Below are positions 28,255 through 41,865 of a DNA stretch of 64,000 nucleotides, piece after piece. The notes under the pieces are model-generated. The model was not told where the DNA came from. It searched no databases and was given only the letters and a program-made list of their open reading frames with translations. The DNA lies in the NCBI GenBank assembly GCA_964016885.1, contig OZ024740.1:191208001-191272000 (forward strand), in the 5' to 3' direction. This stretch comes from Eledone cirrhosa (Eukaryota). Position 1 is the first letter of the stretch; every line of letters begins with the position of its first letter. Made by a program: the position numbers and the translations under genes.

Positions 28255-28960
28255 GAATTCTTTTCATCCAAATAACTTTATTTAGTTATTGCTTGCGCTG
28301 GCCTGAGGTATATGATCTTTAATCCGAAGAAATACATATGATGGCCAGAAGATCACTGATGACGGATAATCCAGGCTACTTACTCTATTTTTGTATTTAT
28401 ATGTATCACATCCGCAACAATGCAGCACGCAATTTTTTATCCCTATATTTTTTTCCCTTCGCTGTGACCTGTCTCTTTCTCTTCCCTTACTGCTATCCTA
28501 TTTCTTTCTCCCCAATCTCTCTCATTCTACCTCTTACTTTCATTCACACCCCCTCTGCTAGTCACCCTCTCTCGGCTAGCCTCTTCCTCACACTTTCACT
28601 CACTCACACTCTGCTATTCACTCTCTCTCACTTCTCACTCCGACCCGTCTGACCTGTGTGAAATTATTTTCTCGCTCACATTTCGCATGGCTTGGATGCG
28701 TCGTTCGTCTTCTCGTCAATGATTCGCCAGATCTTATGTTCACTTGTATTACTGACACGATTGTTCACCCTTTACGTTGCCCTACCATTCTTGTTTGTTT
28801 ACATGTCTCTCTTTCTCCACGCAATTATTTTTATCCCAATAACTTTATTTAGTTATTGCTCGCGGTAGCCTGAGGTATATGATCTTTAATGCAAAAAAAT
28901 ACCTATGATGGCCTAAAGATCACTGATGACGGATAGTCCTGGCTTCTTACTCTATCTTTT
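28255..28960 (+). repeat. Tandem direct repeat (567-bp period) with pyrimidine-rich spacer and structured motif
   Basis: 28255-28390 resembles 28820-28957; same family as 41213-41870. Confidence 0.8.
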
Positions 28961-30597
28961 AATATATATATATTATTAAACACATCAGGTCACACTCATC
29001 CCCATCGAACACTTTACCAAAAACCACTCCGCATGTGGTTCCCTCATAGCTCGAATCTAGGAAAGGAGTTTTCGATTTCCAACTAAGGCCCCTGAAAAAA
29101 CTTATCCAACTAATCCACTCAAGTATTTTGCTTCTACACAACATCGTTACCCCAAATGAACATTAACTGGACTGTAAAGTTTACTAGGTGGTTTTCCCGC
29201 GGAAATTCTATTAATTTTTGCCGAAACCACTATTCGGTCAATTCTGACTAGAACAATATCCCAACGATAAAGAGCGCAACCTTTCTTCGCAATTTCTTTA
29301 TGAATTTTACCAAAAAATCCATATGTCTTGTCATTTCTCATCTACATTTCTACAAATATATATTCCGAATTTTGAAACACGTTTAAATATTTTCCATTCC
29401 TTTGAAGGACAACATATTTTTCATATCGATATGTTTTTTTCTTGCACTCACGCACACCATCGCAAACACCCACGGGATACGCACTAACAATTTTATCTAT
29501 CAATCTGAATCTCTCTGTCCTCATTAATGAGCTCCGATGATATTTTGCAAATCTAGATCTACTGATATCACAACCGCGTCTCACCGATATGTGTTTTTTG
29601 CCCGGCAGAAAGTAGGGTAAAGCAATGAATTTGAGACAGACATTAACTAAATTTAATTTACAATTTCCTTTAGAGTCCAAATTATCTAACCTTTAATGAT
29701 ATGTTGTATTAAGTGGCTTGTATGATAGCATGATTAAACATTTGTTAGATATACATCGCTCTGAACCAAATTATATCAACTTTAACATGCCCTATATTTA
29801 GCATTTGTCTTCGAAACCCTTCCTCCTCTACTTTAGTTACCTTATGTCTGTGACCTCCACAATGCTCACGTAACTATGCAGTTGCTATCGCACTAAAGAT
29901 ACCAAGAAAACATCTTAAATTACAACGTCACCTAAAGTGTAACTTAGACAACATTACTCTTCAAGTGTGTTACTCCAACTAGATATTGAACTGGCTGGAG
30001 TTCTCCTATGCTACACGTAACACTTTTGCATAATCAGATATGCATTGCAATATTTCACCGTTCCTTTTAGAATTTGAATTTTCTCTATTCCAAACAACTA
30101 GTAATAATATACATATTTCAGGTTAAATCAGGATGTAATACTCTTTCTATGTCTCGAATGTTACTAGCGAGTGAAATATGTCACTTGTGCCTCATAAATA
30201 ATGGCGGCTACGTAACTGTGAGTTGAATATGAATCGGATCACAATTCCTCTTTTTCTTAATCAATCTGTAATGATGACATCGTCCATTATAAACATTGAA
30301 TGCATCCGTCAGAAATCCACTCCCCATTCTACTCTTGCGGCATCTGGAGTATCGTTTCCCGATCTTCAGTTAATAATTGATACACGACTGCATATCACGC
30401 CCTCCTTAGTTTTCGATGTTATAGCAAATATTTTCTCCATTAAGCATGTGATACTGATGGTATTCCAGTAATAGATTTCTGTAATAATTCGCCTTATCGA
30501 ACTAACTCCGATAATATACTCAGTGTTTAAATGAGGATAAATACATTTTTTATTGACTTAGTAGCAAGATTACAGGTAAATTGCACACATGGTTAAA

Positions 30598-31835
30598 TGT
30601 TTACAAATGTTCACACTGACAACTACAACGTTCCAGACACAGCGGTTCCGGATGAGCAATGGATTCAGGAGCGTTAAGAAACATTTCATTTGGAAGTGTA
30701 AGATATCCTCTTTCAATTTCTTCTTTCAGTCCATCGACTGTGTTTGGTTTTGTGCCATAAACCTTATCGCTGAGATATTCCCATAAAAAGAAGTCCGTTG
30801 GATTGAGATCTGGGGAAGTCGAAGGGAATTCAACACTACCTCTTTGCCCAATCCATTTGTTCGGAAACGTTGCATCAGTGTGGTAGATGGGAGGGGCTCC
30901 ATCTTACTGAACATAAATCTCTTCGTTGACAGGCAACACTTCCACATGTGGACGGATGGATTCCTGGGGCAAGTTTAATTAAACATTTCCAGTGACAATA
31001 TTATAAAAACAAATTAATGGCCCTAGGAAGCCAAATACTGATTCCCCACACCATACTTTAACGCTGGGTAAGATCATATGTTATTATTATCATAAGGGCG
31101 GTGCATTGGCAGTATCGGTAGAGGGTCGGACGCCATGCTTTGACGCTAGAGTTACGCCACTTGCCATTCTGAGATCAAATCCCGCCGAGGTTAACTTTGC
31201 CTTTCATCCTTAGGAGGTCGATGAAATAAAGTACCAGTAATGCACTGCGTAATTGCTGGCCTTGTGCCAAAAGTACAAACAATTATTATCATGCAGATTT
31301 TTAGCTGTCCAGTATATGCAATGGTGCCGGTTATTTGAGCCAGTTATCATAACACTGGTCTCATCGCTGTAAATAACTTTGTATGGAAATGCTGATTCTT
31401 CCGCGGATTTGCACATGTGCTACTAACAATATTCGGCCCTCCTGCCAGGATCGTCTTCATTTAGAGAGTGGATTAATTTTGGTAAGTAAACTTTCCAATT
31501 AATTCGCACAAAATGCGATGGGCACTTGACGTTTGGTATTCCTATCTCACGAGCATTTTATCGTACAGATCGGTGGAGGTTTCCAGCAAAAGATTTTCCT
31601 TTGAGAGTGTGTTTGAGAAACCTTGATCTTCCTAGGCGCTCTTCATTGACGTTATGCAAAGTTGCAACTGTTTCAAAATTATCTGGGATGCGGGTAATGG
31701 TGCGCCGCTTTGGATGTATTGTAACATATCTTCTAAGTTGTATTTGCCATTCCATGATGTTTTCGTGCTTCCTGTAGCAGTTTTGGATTATGATACATTT
31801 TCGTACTTCTACAATTAGTAGGGTTAATTTGATCT
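30598..31835 (-). pseudogene. Tc1/mariner (IS630 superfamily) transposase remnant, interrupted by a SINE
   Basis: PKRRTITRIPDNFETVATL N-terminal HTH region, LIHSLNEDDPGRR, VIYSDET..NRHHCIYW, DGAPP, FPNKWIGQRGSVEFPSTSPDLNPTDFFLWEYLSDKVY; frameshifted. Confidence 0.88.
31096..31282 (+). mobile_element. tRNA-derived SINE (same family as 11024)
   Basis: Collinear with 11024-11208; TSD-like attattatcat on both sides. Confidence 0.88.
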
Positions 31836-31898
31836 GAGAATATATAAAAAATGTATTTAGTTACGAGGAGCCAAATAATGATTACATATACGGAAAGC

Positions 31899-31957
<59 letters not shown>

Positions 31958-32159
31958 TCATTTTTGTAATTTTTTGGCGAGATTTCTGTCAATAATTCCA
32001 GGTTAAGCTCATCAGTACGCCACCAACATGTCAAAATGCATCATAGGAGCATATTAGAGAACATAGGGTTAACATTATATCGACACACAGAAAAGATACC
32101 ATGCTCAGGTAAATCACATAGGCAACTAAAATAAACAAACTTCGACCAACATTTAACAA

Positions 32160-32530
32160 AGAAACATGAGTGGAATAGCAAAATTACAACTAGTAATTAA
32201 GGACAAAATGAAGACATACAGACACACACAAAAACCAAACTAACAAAATAAATCTGACAGACACAGACAGAACAAGTAAATAAATAAATAAATAAATAAA
32301 AACACATACACCCCACGGAATGTAACGCATGCAGAAACACACAGATAACAAAAGCAAGATGATGTAGCACACAACAAAGTAGAGACACACAAAATAAAAA
32401 CCTAGTCGCTGATGAGGATGAAGGAATATGTCATTAAAGGGTTTTGGAACTATAGAAACAACTTTCCGGTTATCGAACCAACGAAAAAACCGGAAACTTA
32501 TAATGCACTAAATTGAAAACCAACTGATGC
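32160..32530 (+). repeat. Diverged copy of the 3295-3690 pLTR family
   Basis: atgagtggaa.agcaa..aattaaggacaaaatgaa and downstream blocks match; degenerate CTGATGA at ~32409. Confidence 0.7.
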
Positions 32531-32532
32531 TT

Positions 32533-34660
32533 GTGGTGGATGTCATGTATCGGTTCAGTTTGAGTACTTCCAGGAAATGTGTGGTGTGTGTGTCTCGGTC
32601 TCTTATGTCGGTGCATTTGTTCCGGATACGTGTAGTTCGTTCCTTATGTATCCGAACTTAGCGCCGGCTGGGAGCGCAATCTGAAATGTACGAACAGGTC
32701 CCTGCTGGCGGATTTTGTATAGAAGCAGGTGTGGATGTTACCTTCCTCTGTTACCCTGATTTGGAAGTCCAGTAGGGATAGGGATTCGCGGTCATCGGAG
32801 TGTTCCATGCTGAACTTTATACTGGCGATCATGCTGGAGAATGTTGTGTATATTTTATCCGCCACCTCACGGGATAATGTAAGGATGAGTATGACATCTA
32901 CATATCGGTGAAAAGGGTATGGGAATGGCATGTGTTGAGGGCTCGGCATTCTAGCGGGTTCATATAGGTGATGGCCTGCAGGCCCGATAGGCTGGATCCC
33001 ATCTTTAATCCTGTTGTCTGTCAACCACCACACATACAGACAGTCAACAGGATTACCCATGGGATCCAGGCTATCGCGCCTGCTGGCCATCACCTATATG
33101 AACCAGCTAGAATGCCGAGCCCTCAACACCTGCCATTCCCATAACTTCTTCACCCTATATGTAGATGACATACTCATCCTTACATCATCCCGTGAGGACG
33201 CGGAAAATATATACACAACATTCTCCAGCTTGGACGCCAGTATCAAGTTCAGCATGGAACACCCCGATGACCGCGAATCCCTATCACTACTGGACTTCCA
33301 ACTCAGGGTAACAGAGGAAGGCAACATCCACAGCTGCTTCTATAAAAAAAGCCGTCAGCAGGGACATGTTCGTACATTTCAGATCGGCCCTCCCAGCCGG
33401 CGCTAAGTTCGGATACATTAGGAACGAAATACATGTATCCGGAACAAATGCACCGACGCTAGAGACCGAGACACACACACCACACATTACCTGGAAGTAC
33501 TCAAACTGAACGGATACACGACATCCACCACAAACCGTGCCAGAAAGAACAGAGGAGACCACACCCGAGGCACTAACACTTGCTTCCTGAAGCTCCCACA
33601 CTTCAGTGTAGAAACAACAACATCCATCCGCAGAGCTATCAAACAAGAGGGACTAGATATCCAACTGGCCCACTCAGCTCCTTCTCTACGCGGACAGCTA
33701 ACCAAAAGACACTCCACCAGACATGACAACCGCTGCAGGCTAGCCAACTGCCCCAACAACGACACAGGCCTATGCCACCAGGCCTACGCCGTATACAGAC
33801 TAGAGTGCGACACCTGCAGTAACTTCTACGTAGGTAGCACCACTAGACCACTCCACATAAGAATAAAAGAACACCTCAATACTAACGCTTCCTCATTTAA
33901 GAAACACCTAGTGAAATGCAAAAACACCGACAAAACCATAACAGTTAGGATAGAAACTAAGGAAAGAAACCTCGGCAATCTTAGAATTAAGGAAGCACTA
34001 ATTATAGATAAAACACAACCACCAATCAATACTAGACTAGAACTCAACACCCAATTTATAACTTGATAGAGCATCTAGCCGCATATTTACACCCCCCTCT
34101 CACACACATGCACACATACACACGCCTACATCTCCACTTATTCTCTCTCACACACACACACACATACACACACTAAGATCAGTTCTAACACGAGATAATA
34201 TATATCCCCCACATTTACGTATAGACATATCTTCTCACACTCATACACACACACACACAGAGACACATATACTTACACCTTCACGCATTCTCCCACACCC
34301 TTAAACAGGCATGTACATTAAAAGCCCTTTTAAAGGGAGACTCCTCTTTATCCACCTACCCTTAACTCTTTGACATTAGAGATAAAACAGATACTCTATA
34401 TCATTTCCTGTCGGCATGACTTGGCAAGCTATTTAGAACACTGGTTTAACCGCTTTACTTCCCTCCGAAGAAGACATATTATCTCGAAAATTAAGGACAT
34501 TTAAATAAATCTAAGGTAACAGACTAATTGTCAACATTATATTTTCCGTTTTCATTCTATATTCTATGTCCATACCTGCATTGTTTTGGCTTTACTATAC
34601 ATATACAAACGTTTATACCTCATTACACAATGCTTCAAGTGAACCATAACTTTCTCACAT
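32533..34660 (+). mobile_element. 5'-truncated Penelope-like element with inverted duplication of part of RT
   Basis: 32533-33002 is the reverse complement of ~33059-33530. ORF remnant 33014-34066, then CA-rich 3' region with degenerate HHR cct CCGAAGA aga..tct c GAAA at TA agg (34462-34496). Confidence 0.9.
33014..34066 (+). pseudogene. PLE RT plus GIY-YIG endonuclease (frameshifted)
   Basis: YRQSTGLPMGSRLSRLLA, YVDDIL, LSLLDFQL, AVYRLECDTCSNFYVGSTTRPLHIRIKEH, LRIKEALIIDKTQPPIN; TGA at 34064-34066. Confidence 0.92.
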
Positions 34661-34682
34661 ATATATATATATACACATATAT

Positions 34683-35245
34683 ATTTATTAAAATAACAGA
34701 TTAAAGTTTAAGCAAAGAATCGCTGTTTTCACCCTTAACGGGATCTTCTGAAACTAACAAAGTCAATCTGTAAACGCAGAACTGGATATTTCAAAAAACG
34801 TTGCAACCGGAGGAAGACAGGAAGACGATACTTTGGTTCGTGGTAACGTTCGCTGGCAAAGAACGGGAAAAAACGAATAATACGTCATTAATAGGAGCGG
34901 TGAAAAACAATTACGCGCAAAGACAAAACCACGTTTATGGTATAAAAGAGGTCGTAGACTAATGTTCTCTTAGGTGGTGCATAGAGACGTTCTCTGGCAA
35001 TGAACGAAAAAACAAAGATAATAAGTCATATGTGGAGCGTGGAGAACAATAACACGCAAAGACAAAACCACGTAAATGGTATAGCAGAAATCGTAGACTA
35101 AATTCTAACTAGGAGACCAAATGAATCTCCGCTACAGAGTTAAGAACAAAGTAAATAAATACAATACAGAAGTAATAGAAACAAATAAATACATACACGC
35201 TAACAGATACGTACATACACAAGCATACGCAAAATCTTACCATAT
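34683..35245 (+). repeat. Second copy of the 26213-26770 repeat
   Basis: Collinear direct match starting atttattaaaataacagattaaagtttaagcaaagaatcg; contains an internal tandem duplication. Confidence 0.85.
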
Positions 35246-35705
35246 ATATATATAAATATAAAAACAAATAACGAAACGAAATTGAATTTCGTTTCGTTTG
35301 TAACTCACTTTTGTATGACTGACGCTAAAACAATTAAGTTAAAAATGTACATCTACATATGCATACTGAAATACTAGTATGCATATGAATACACACACGT
35401 ATACATATGTAGATGTAACAAGTCTTTCACTGGTTACTTTACTGTGAGTAACCCAGCTATTCTGTATGTAAACACACAGACAAACCGGTTTTTAGAGTCA
35501 TACTGGTTTTCGAGGAAACACCTTTCCTCTATTCTCCAGAAAGCCAGCAAGGAATATTGAACTAGTTTCGTTGTTGTTACAACTCATCAGCAATATTTAC
35601 CTATCTACCGGCCTTTTTGGAGAATCGTAAAAGCACATATCGTTATATGCTTTTTCTATGAAAATTAGTAGTGGGTAGACTAATTTGCATAGAGTGTGAG
35701 TACGT

Positions 35706-35769
<64 letters not shown>

Positions 35770-35835
35770 ATATACATATATATATTATAATGTGAGAACA
35801 TTAGTCTACGACCTCTTTTATACCACATATACATA

Positions 35836-36135
35836 TATATTATTCAAAATATTAACAAATGAAAAATATTCTCATAATCAAAATATATACTTTATTACAT
35901 ATATTTGAAAGCTACTGTGTTGTTTTTTCAGTACGTCTGATGAGGACGTATCGAAAACACAACACAGTACTTTGAAATATATATAATAAAGTATATAGAT
36001 GGGTTATGAGAATATTTTTCATTTGTTAATATTTTGAATAATATTAAAAACTCCAGGAAAACCTTTCTATTGAGTGCTTCTAAACTATTGTAAACTTTTA
36101 TTCATTGAGTAATCAACGAACAATACTAATCTTTG
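35836..36135. mobile_element. Short fold-back element centred on an HHR core
   Basis: Arms 35836-35936 and 35945-36044, CTGATGA at the fold centre (35937-35943), GAAA tatata TA downstream, right-side tail. Confidence 0.6.
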
Positions 36136-37269
36136 GTTATATATATATCTATATTGTTATACGTACATTCAGACACACACCCACACAAACACACACATAT
36201 ATATATATATATATGGGGGGGGGGTGTATTTATTAATGTATGTATGTATATCTATTTTATTTGTAATAGTTGCGACCATCTTCATATTGAAAACACGACT
36301 GCGCTCCAATTTGATGAATTTTAGTCAGAATAATTCGCCATGCATAGTTTGGAAAATTAGCGTTCCCGAATCCATATCTTCAACGACGTTTCGACGCCTT
36401 CATGCTCCCATTATCTGGATCAAAATATTCGAATTAGTAGCATATTGGTGAACGTTTTTATCAAAGATATTGAGGTAACATGGGAACGATAGAACTCGTG
36501 GCGGCTGTTTGCATCTATTATTTTTTTATATAGGGATTTATAATGCATTCTTTTGTTAGAGGTATTTATAACGTATTCTTTACATTTTAACTGTGGGATA
36601 TTAAGGAATGGCTAGTTGATGCTTTAAACTCTTTGCTAAGTTCCAATCAATTTTCAGGTTTCTGTTTCGCTGGTAACATCATTTTGAACATGTAATATAT
36701 AGTTTTAAATATAACAAAAATGTCTATAATAAATTCTTCTTGAAACCTGTTTTGTTATTGCAGATGGATATAATTAATCAAGTATGAATTTCGAACAATA
36801 GCATGCCTTCGTATTCGGAACAAAAATAAAATATAAAATATGAAGTACAAATTTCCTTAAGTTGGTGTCGAGGGTATGAATTTTACAAACAATTCTTCTT
36901 TTTTCTTTTCTATGAAAAGGATATTTAAACACTAAATAAAAACAGCTAATTTGAAATGGATACACCAAGATTTTCTTTACATTATTACTTTGATGGCGAA
37001 ATGGTAATTACTCGTAGCTCCAATCATCAATCCTGTTTCTCATTTATAGATATTTGGTATATAAAAAGAGATTCTTTTAGCATAAATTTCAATTTAGATT
37101 GTCGTTTGAAATATATCACAGACGTTCAACGAAATAATGATCAAGAAGAAATATAGCTTATCTCATATTGTTGATACAGGGAAACCATTTTAACACACAC
37201 ACTCACAGAAATACACACATACACACATACACGCACACACACACACCCACATATATATATATATAGATA

Positions 37270-37734
37270 CATCCACATACTTCAACAATCATTATCATTA
37301 ACATCATCAACACATATCATCCCTCGCTCCCAGATCGACTGTATTATATATCCCCCACCCCCCGTCTGCCTTACCCTCTAACACACCGTAACCTCTGATC
37401 ATCTAATCATCTTGTCGAACATATCACCCCAAAACCACCACCATCACCATGTCCAAAACACACATCGCCGTACGTCCATAAACGCTTCTCCCCCGCGTTT
37501 CCTATGTCACCTTTTAATCGGTATTCGATCCGCTATATATATTTTTGTCACTCACAAATCCACCATCACCACCACAAAACACAACTCCATACTTCATCAA
37601 CACCGCCAACACGTACCTCCACTCCCCAACCAATAATAGTGTGTGTGTATGTGTGTAAGTATTTTTACACATACGGGCGTATAAGTGTGTGTGCGTGTAC
37701 GCATATTTATATATATGTGTGTGTGTGTATGTGA

Positions 37735-37782
<48 letters not shown>

Positions 37783-39040
37783 ATATATGTATATGTATGT
37801 GTATATATATGTGTGTGTATATATATGTGTATGTGTGTGTGTATACGTATGTGTATGTATGTGTACGTCTACATATATGTATATGGGTGAATCTGACTGT
37901 ATGTACAGGTGAGCTCATATATGTGCATGTATGTGTATATGTGCGTGTGTGTGTGTGTTTTTTGTACATGTGTGTGTATATATATATATATGTGTGTGTG
38001 AGTATACGTGTGTGTATGTGTATATTTTGCATACGTGAGTGTGAGTCCATGTGCCCATATCCATATGTGTGTATGAGCATATGTATGTGTATGTATATAT
38101 GTATAACACCTTCTATGTTGCCTCTCACCTTCCCCCCATCTCTGTCGTTCGCCATCCCCACCAATACCCCCCACTCTCCATATTCGTGTCCGCATGCGCG
38201 CATGCACATATATGTGTGTATATATACATATGGCTGTGTATGAGCGTGTGTCGATATGTGTGGGCAAGGATGTGCGTTTGTGTTTTGTGTTGTGTGTGTT
38301 TATACAACAGTATATGTTCACATATATACATATATGTGTGTGCGTATACGTATATACAAAGTATTTGTCAGACGAAGAGCGTCTAGCTATGTATCTATGT
38401 AACGACCTGACACCACCAATACATCCACCACACCATCACAAACGCCGCTACCATAGATAACGGCACCACTACCACACCCCCGCACACACGCTAACCCGTC
38501 TACTGACAATACACTAACCTCATACCACATCCATCCCACTAAGCAACCATATCCACCACCATATCATCACATCCACCCCACATACTCTACACGCCAAGGC
38601 CAACTCACCACCACCACACCACAGCCCATCTCATCCACCCACCGTCACCAACATCTCACCATCACACCCACCCCCATATACACTACAGGACAGTATATCG
38701 CCTTGATCCTTCCCACCAATCAAAACAACTCATTTTGTCAAACTCTTGAAACTCTGACTTTACCACATAGCATGTATTTTATTTTCTTATAGCATTTTAA
38801 GAGGGTTCGTCGAGCTGCCGATTATTGAGTCGGGTAGGATCGATATCGATCGAACCTTGAGCTGATCAGTGGCGAAACGCGCGTCACCTATCAATAAATG
38901 CAATGAAGGAATAATCAATCGTCCTTGTTATCCTCTCAATATATTACACTCTGTATAGCTCTACACCTCATAACAGAAGTGAACCTAAACATCGAGTGCT
39001 CTCCCGGGTGAATCTGCAGTAACTCCTAGTTACACCCCCT

Positions 39041-39042
<2 letters not shown>
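37270..39042 (+). mobile_element. Probable PLE 3' region/pLTR remnant with CA- and GT-rich tracts
   Basis: CA-rich composition like other PLE 3' regions here, partial HHR GAAACGCGCGTC at ~38874-38885, AATAAA, ends at (TA)n. Confidence 0.4.
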
Positions 39043-39136
<94 letters not shown>

Positions 39137-39139
39137 AAC

Positions 39140-39630
39140 TAAAATAAATAAATCAAATATTTAAAATGTGGCTTCGTTTATTACTGCTATATATATTTCG
39201 GTGACAGCCATCTTTGGCTGTGACCTCTTCAGGCAGTCCGAATTAGTGTGGTAGAGACGACGAGTACACATGTTGTTGAGGTGTTTAACTTTGTCAATAC
39301 TCTGATATGCCCAGTTCCTGGTTGGGTTGTTATTTCACTGAGGAACTGGAATCATATGAATTTAAACAAACGAATTTCAGCGTCAAAGGACATCCTCTCC
39401 TACCATTGGTCAGTTGTGACGACATTCCTGAAGAGGTCACAACCAAAGCTGGCTGTCACCGAAATATATATAGCAGTAATAAACGAAGCTAAATTTTAAA
39501 TATTTGACTTATTTATTTTCGCTTATTTTACATTACTCCGGAGTAACCAATCCAACCTGCGTAAATCGTCGAGTGCTCCAATCTGCATACTTGGTGTTGG
39601 TATACAACCAACATATGCTAGAAAAAAAAA
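39140..39630. mobile_element. Fold-back pLTR-like element
   Basis: 39145-39233 is the reverse complement of 39427-39530, with a right tail and (TA)n flanks. Confidence 0.75.
39183..39237 (-). ncRNA. Minimal type I hammerhead ribozyme
   Basis: Minus strand: actgc CTGAAGA ggtcacagcca-aaga-tggctgtcacc GAAA tatata TA gcagt. The plus copy (39428-39477) has a divergent 5' stem I strand. Confidence 0.8.
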
Positions 39631-39653
39631 GAAAATAAATATATATATATATA

Positions 39654-40323
39654 TTAGTTGGCCCGTTCTACGGCATCCAGATACATATAAATAGCTGACT
39701 TACGTAGCTTCGCTTGGATAAACAGATGATAAGCCGTCTTTGTAGAATAGTATTACTGTGGAAATTACATAGCATAGTATAGTATTATTGTTGAAAATAT
39801 CTAGTATAGTATGACTGTTGAAAATATATAGTATAATATAGTATTACTGCTGAAAATATATAGTATAGTATTACGGTTGAAAATATATAGTATAATATTA
39901 CTGTTTAAAACATATAGTGTAGCATAGTATTACTGTTGAAAATATATAGTATAGTACAGTATTACTGTTGAAAATGTATAGTATAGTACAGTATTACTGT
40001 TGAAAATATATAGTACAGTATTACTCTTGAAAATATATAGTATATTATATCATTACTGTTGAAAATACATAATATAGTATGCCTGGTGAATACAAATAGT
40101 ATAGTATAGTATTACTATTGAAAAAATATAGTATATTAAAGTATTACAGTTGAAAATATGTACAAGAATATATGATTATATATATAATTAATTAATAGTT
40201 GCTTAGAAGCGAAGTCAATGGAGACAGGCATGGATACCGGCTGATATTATAAGCGCGCGACGTTATAGCTATGTATCTATCTAAAAAGACAGAGTAAGAG
40301 AGAGGAATTTCGTATTATATATA
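39654..40323 (-). mobile_element. Non-autonomous Helitron-like element containing a minisatellite
   Basis: Minus-strand 3' end ccgtagaacgg hairpin plus CTAA-T. The 5' part (40190-40323) is homologous to 63420-63560. Confidence 0.55.
39748..40160. repeat. Minisatellite, 27-32-bp unit (agtat)1-2agtattactgttgaaaatatat
   Basis: About 13-14 tandem copies visible. Confidence 0.9.
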
Positions 40324-40324
40324 T

Positions 40325-40500
40325 TATCTTTATTACTAAAACATAGAATATTTGTTTGTCTGTCAGTCTGTAACTCACTAAACTCGAGAACTACCCAACT
40401 GATTGTTTTCAAACTTTACACATGTAAAACTTATGGTCCTATAGAGTGTTCTGAGCCAAAACATTTCAAATTGTCAATGCTCTAGGGACCGCATTAGGCG
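40325..40500 (+). mobile_element. 5' end of a non-autonomous Helitron-like element
   Basis: TCtttattactaaaa start, tgtttgtctgtc tract and aactacccaactgatt..aaacttt, as in DINE/Helitron-N type 5' ends. Confidence 0.45.
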
Positions 40501-41212
40501 ATTTAGCGATCTCTCTTAGTATTTCTCTTTTTAGACAGATACATATATATTACGTTGCGCCCTTATATTATATGTCTGCATTAAGTCATTATGACGCCGC
40601 GTGTGTGTGTGTGTATATATGTATATATAGTGTGTTTGTATATATATATATATAGTGTGTAATGTTTTTCGAAATATTTACTGCTGCGTTCACAGATTTA
40701 TTATTTTAGTTTCAGAAGATCCGGTTAAGGGCGAAAGCAGCGATTCTATGCTTAAACTGTAATCTGTTATTTTCATATATATATACATAATTATATATTC
40801 GTGTACATATATTTTTGCATACCCATATAGACAAACGTATTTATTTCGCGATAAAGTATTGATTTTCATCGAACGGAAAAAGATATGGTATTGTACGACG
40901 AACTGTTTTTATAACACAAAATGTAGGCACCAAACCGAGGCCGAGGTATTCCGTACTTCTCTGTACTGTTATTTATATATTCGTGTAAAGATATGTTTGC
41001 ATACACAATAACAAAATATAAACAAAAGTATTTAGTTCACGATGCTCGAGAAGGATAAATATATATCAAATATATAAGAACCCTAGATCAAATCTCTAAC
41101 AAGTATATAATAAAGTACGTTAATGTGCTGGGATAATTGGTGGCCTTGTGACAAAAGTAGGAACAATTATACCTCTTTTTTATACAACTGTAAATAAAAT
41201 CTATATGTATGT

Positions 41213-41865
41213 GTGAGGTATATGATTTTTAATGCAATGAAATACCAATGACCGTTGGCAAATCACTGATGAGGGACTCATTTTATAACATGTTATCCAT
41301 GTGCAACCATGCAGTATTCTTCTCCCCATATTTTTCACATATATTTACCTAAACTGCGATTCTGTTTTTTTCTCTCTCTCTCTTAATGCTCCCTCGTTCC
41401 TTCTGTTTCTCTTACTTTCTTTGGTCCCCTCTGTCATGTCAGTTAACACTTTCTCTCTACTGACCTCTTCTTCGCACTTCCACACACTCACTCACTGTTT
41501 CTCCCCTTCTCACTTCCCCCTGTTCGCTGCGAAAACGATTTTCCTTCTTTATTGCATCGGATTCATCGCGAAAGGTCTATTTCTTACTCGCTCATATATT
41601 CACCCAGCTTATACTGATAGAATAACTATGTAGCTTGTGTTTCTTCCTATCTTCGGTTAGCTTTCCCCTGTGTTGTTTACTTGTCTCACTCGCTTTACAC
41701 GTTTTAATTGTCCTAATATCTTATTTTAGTTATTATTGCACCAACGTGAGGTATATGATTTTTAATGCAATGAAATACCAATGACCGTTGGCAAATCACT
41801 GATGAGGGACTCATTTTATAACATGTTATCCATGTGCAACCATGTAGTATTCTTCTCCCCATATT

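Noticed and set aside
30455-31903. Terminal inverted repeats for the mariner remnant
   Set aside because: Only a short TACAGG match; too weak to define ends.
39748-40160. CRISPR-like regular repeats
   Set aside because: Units are contiguous with no unique spacers, there are no cas genes, and the context is eukaryotic. It is a minisatellite.
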